From a virus, in the IMG/VR virus record IMGVR_UViG_3300031565_000128: DNA of 39,901 nucleotides. One strand, given 5' to 3'. Of this stretch, positions 39,901-39,901 are shown one piece after another. Each line of letters starts with the position of its first letter. The first letter of the stretch is position 1. The translations under genes were made by a program, and so were the position numbers. The notes beneath the pieces are model-generated. The model had not been told where the DNA came from, did no database searches, and worked only from the letters and a program-made list of their open reading frames with translations.

Positions 39901-39901
39901 T
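33973..39901 (-). CDS. Giant putative polyvalent / internal virion protein (2,065 aa once joined to 1..396 across the junction)
   Basis: The 1,943-aa track ORF stays open to the window edge. It lies between the portal and scaffold genes. It has several hydrophobic glycine-rich segments, long coiled coils, an ART-like segment (about 37790..38165) and a C-terminal region of HPE-containing helical repeats. Confidence 0.8.
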   Translation of the reverse strand, partial: GYGISFITPEKWEIKENDIYITPSGEQLSRADMEALLGEPTGDFEATPWAVTIEDLTEAGKSAYQEYQQAGGELDVKGWVDLRERQQLETEQVFGVVFPEQDIQEVIDYMNENREAFLADIREIGPTEDVVALLKAIPFDDGQGGTVHLTDEEIQDIFGTEVAPEATRPDVEVRRLLPFPQTPVWATMTTPLDTIGFPGAYGEIPVVEAAPLKDAAYVFAGSIKQLPAQIGASVLQAVQGEGGASVVNKDWADEKIAEANENLNEFVQKTMTEYPNSQFLLDVAQLSQNLGYSIVTMGVGSLAALPLWLIPEPTTGTKVAAMAVTGAVSGFISHRMVTYQITQQYLEFKDAEKRADTGQGLTLEEENQLKIDFHDKAVRYGLWEAIPEGISNMLFSGILGGAFTNALTRVAGQKVAQSIGSSLVAKFGSKAFGIYGEELLTETITQKGQAAIEVEAGLREGNITWWEAFKEIAPQTFLLTTIMTGAGQVIVSGAGRIRARTNSVENIDKITNSLKNEIGEGNPLYEELKEHIEEEVGKGTITEQDAKKVLEAGLAESVLQDIKVAEEIKVTPVTPEVTTGKPYTATVYRGYKVGGAPVDEGLFGKGTYYTTSKEYAETYDGKEVMTVTLKNPFVINTQQEAETFWNETTRPAREQAINEGKTVEEADELAAQAARAWLESKGYDGLIARNIIEKGDEVVVFHPEKALPKAEEGVGEVTIAELKKKVGQASDVLNQMQTSFAYKGKATSQDVINARNALNKAQAQLGEAQRAAIPETATGMPEAGLQPSMLEEVPAKEVRPEARGKLVQSRIDDYLRLREYNTKATEDRISEIKSLLEKKGRLPKDLGLKGNLRLELARLEALLELDAVEIVQDIDSLIREVETELGRRSLPGQGEPARKGIALARHPRKPNIFPEYTSRQLEEMLKVYEQARQTLSPEVPALKPVAKPEPTQAQIEIVKTDPTPASDAIITSKFIEAIKDAKPAREATEALKHEELSKRSAIYASILQGGEGWKAFDEAKSALRGPLPISDYDIDLRKFEVTDADIERMFDRIRTDENLRPFEKLNTAEALTNLIMGQIPTEGELILLEREFGSEFVKAIMDKMPTSQKVTRIALDIANIPRTLKTFADLSATLRQGATLAVGQPVQFATAFKAELQTVFSEKNFKLINEIVHNNVYADKAERYGLYIAPIEEAVRIEAREEAFRGRLIERVPVIGSIVRASERAYITFLNVLRMETWAYYCRQWEGTNKTIKDYTDLASFINHATGRGDLGALSRAGSYLSAVFFSPRYVMSRLQLPLDLIKTTPAVRKIAARNLVSWVGANLLVIMLLELAGADVEKDPRSSDFGKVRFGNTRIDFWAGFQPYVRNIAQIIAEERKSTRTGEIYKIIDPIDIGVNFVRSKLAPVPGLLWSLKSGKTFIGEELSAENAESIIYQELTPLAVQDWIDAVRWSNEGASTIYGLLAMLGVGVQTWSNNWETAQEQLGLPERSEVAPYTIENDVYDMKDYYSEVGQMIGGATYEMLAERGDIPELVLMVAKAKDAKKEISLLPSQRLTSINADPSEGDTFEQYHAQWMARKDITDESELAKFDDLYPKAYLGNMTQSQYALLVEYHSLSPSTQGAFIAKHPELHSKPRDAWLRSHPEENAILALMGQSDVYSLEALSQVSSLAKSLDIPVNALLMEELDEVAKLKLKNQDLSDLLDAYSGLDNEFKGPDGLTARDRAIQELYVEHPDFRDDQRRIEALNVGTKDNPTPEEIVELWVERGIIVDEYGASSAEAKLWLIDNQEAHQWALDNALLSDDGSDWNEPVLRLQVQYEEQFSLYTSYGDSKSPNYISSDAARADAREALLFNNKGKMTEFGTAYYTVSAYNKDVPENYINLYVQYYQMPTAGYDQERFLMEHEDYYNDVWLDALGNQPKDFSKIPTVEEEKLLIYYDGLATGTPRLSARCQDADLDDALVRLRGLTKAYGTDRCN
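39775..39901. repeat. Terminal direct repeat, copy 2 (identical to 1..127)
   Basis: Same 127-nt string as positions 1..127. The length is typical of a k-mer overlap left by circular contig assembly (inference). Confidence 0.95.

Larger units (their letters stand above)
1..39901. mobile_element. Complete temperate tailed-phage genome (circular assembly, 39,774 bp unique)
   Basis: One window holds the integrase plus attP-like RNA-gene fragment, a divergent repressor/Cro-like switch, replication/recombination genes, a lysis cassette, terS/terL, portal, scaffold, capsid and tail-fibre-like genes. The two window ends are identical over 127 nt. Confidence 0.85.

Overview
The window is one complete temperate tailed-phage genome, assembled as a circle. 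The first 127 nt are identical to the last 127 nt, so the unique length is 39,774 bp. A minus-strand ORF reads through this junction without a stop. Only a small lysogeny block is on the plus strand: a LexA/cI-like repressor, a coupled 3-TM protein and a tyrosine integrase. The integrase start codon overlaps a tmRNA/tRNA-like 3' end that looks like the attP core. Everything else is on the minus strand, in two blocks.

**Early block (about 18.8 to 5.7 kb).** It starts at a Cro-like HTH gene and runs through small Cys-rich proteins, an HNH-like gene, a Rad50/SbcC-like ATPase and RecT. It continues with a short C5 DNA methyltransferase, an HNH gene, an MBL hydrolase, a Gp37/Gp68 (DUF5131)-like Cys-motif protein and a radical SAM enzyme. 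It ends with a DnaD-domain replication protein and two PD-(D/E)xK nucleases.

**Late unit (about 24 kb, 5.7 kb across the origin to 21.2 kb).** It starts at a consensus promoter that is followed by three tandem hairpin terminators. The gene order is two holin-like genes, a papain-like peptidase, terS, terL, an XhlA-like protein and the portal. Next come a 2,065-aa giant protein, scaffold, capsid, a glycosyltransferase-methyltransferase fusion, an HNH cassette and tail-fibre-like genes.

No tail tube, sheath or tape-measure gene is recognisable, which suggests a podovirus-like particle. Strong AGGAGG ribosome-binding sites, TGn extended -10 promoters, and the DnaD, XhlA-like and KGG-like proteins hint weakly at a Gram-positive-type host.

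**Most interesting items:**
- the junction-spanning giant protein with an ADP-ribosyltransferase-like segment
- a coupled radical SAM / three-Cys / MBL / methyltransferase cluster
- the promoter plus triple-terminator late switch
- two tail-module proteins built from 18-residue repeats with a shared C-terminal tag
- a head-module GT-MT fusion
- a repressor whose S24 catalytic Ser and Lys appear to be replaced

All family assignments come from motifs read by eye and need HMM or structure searches to confirm.
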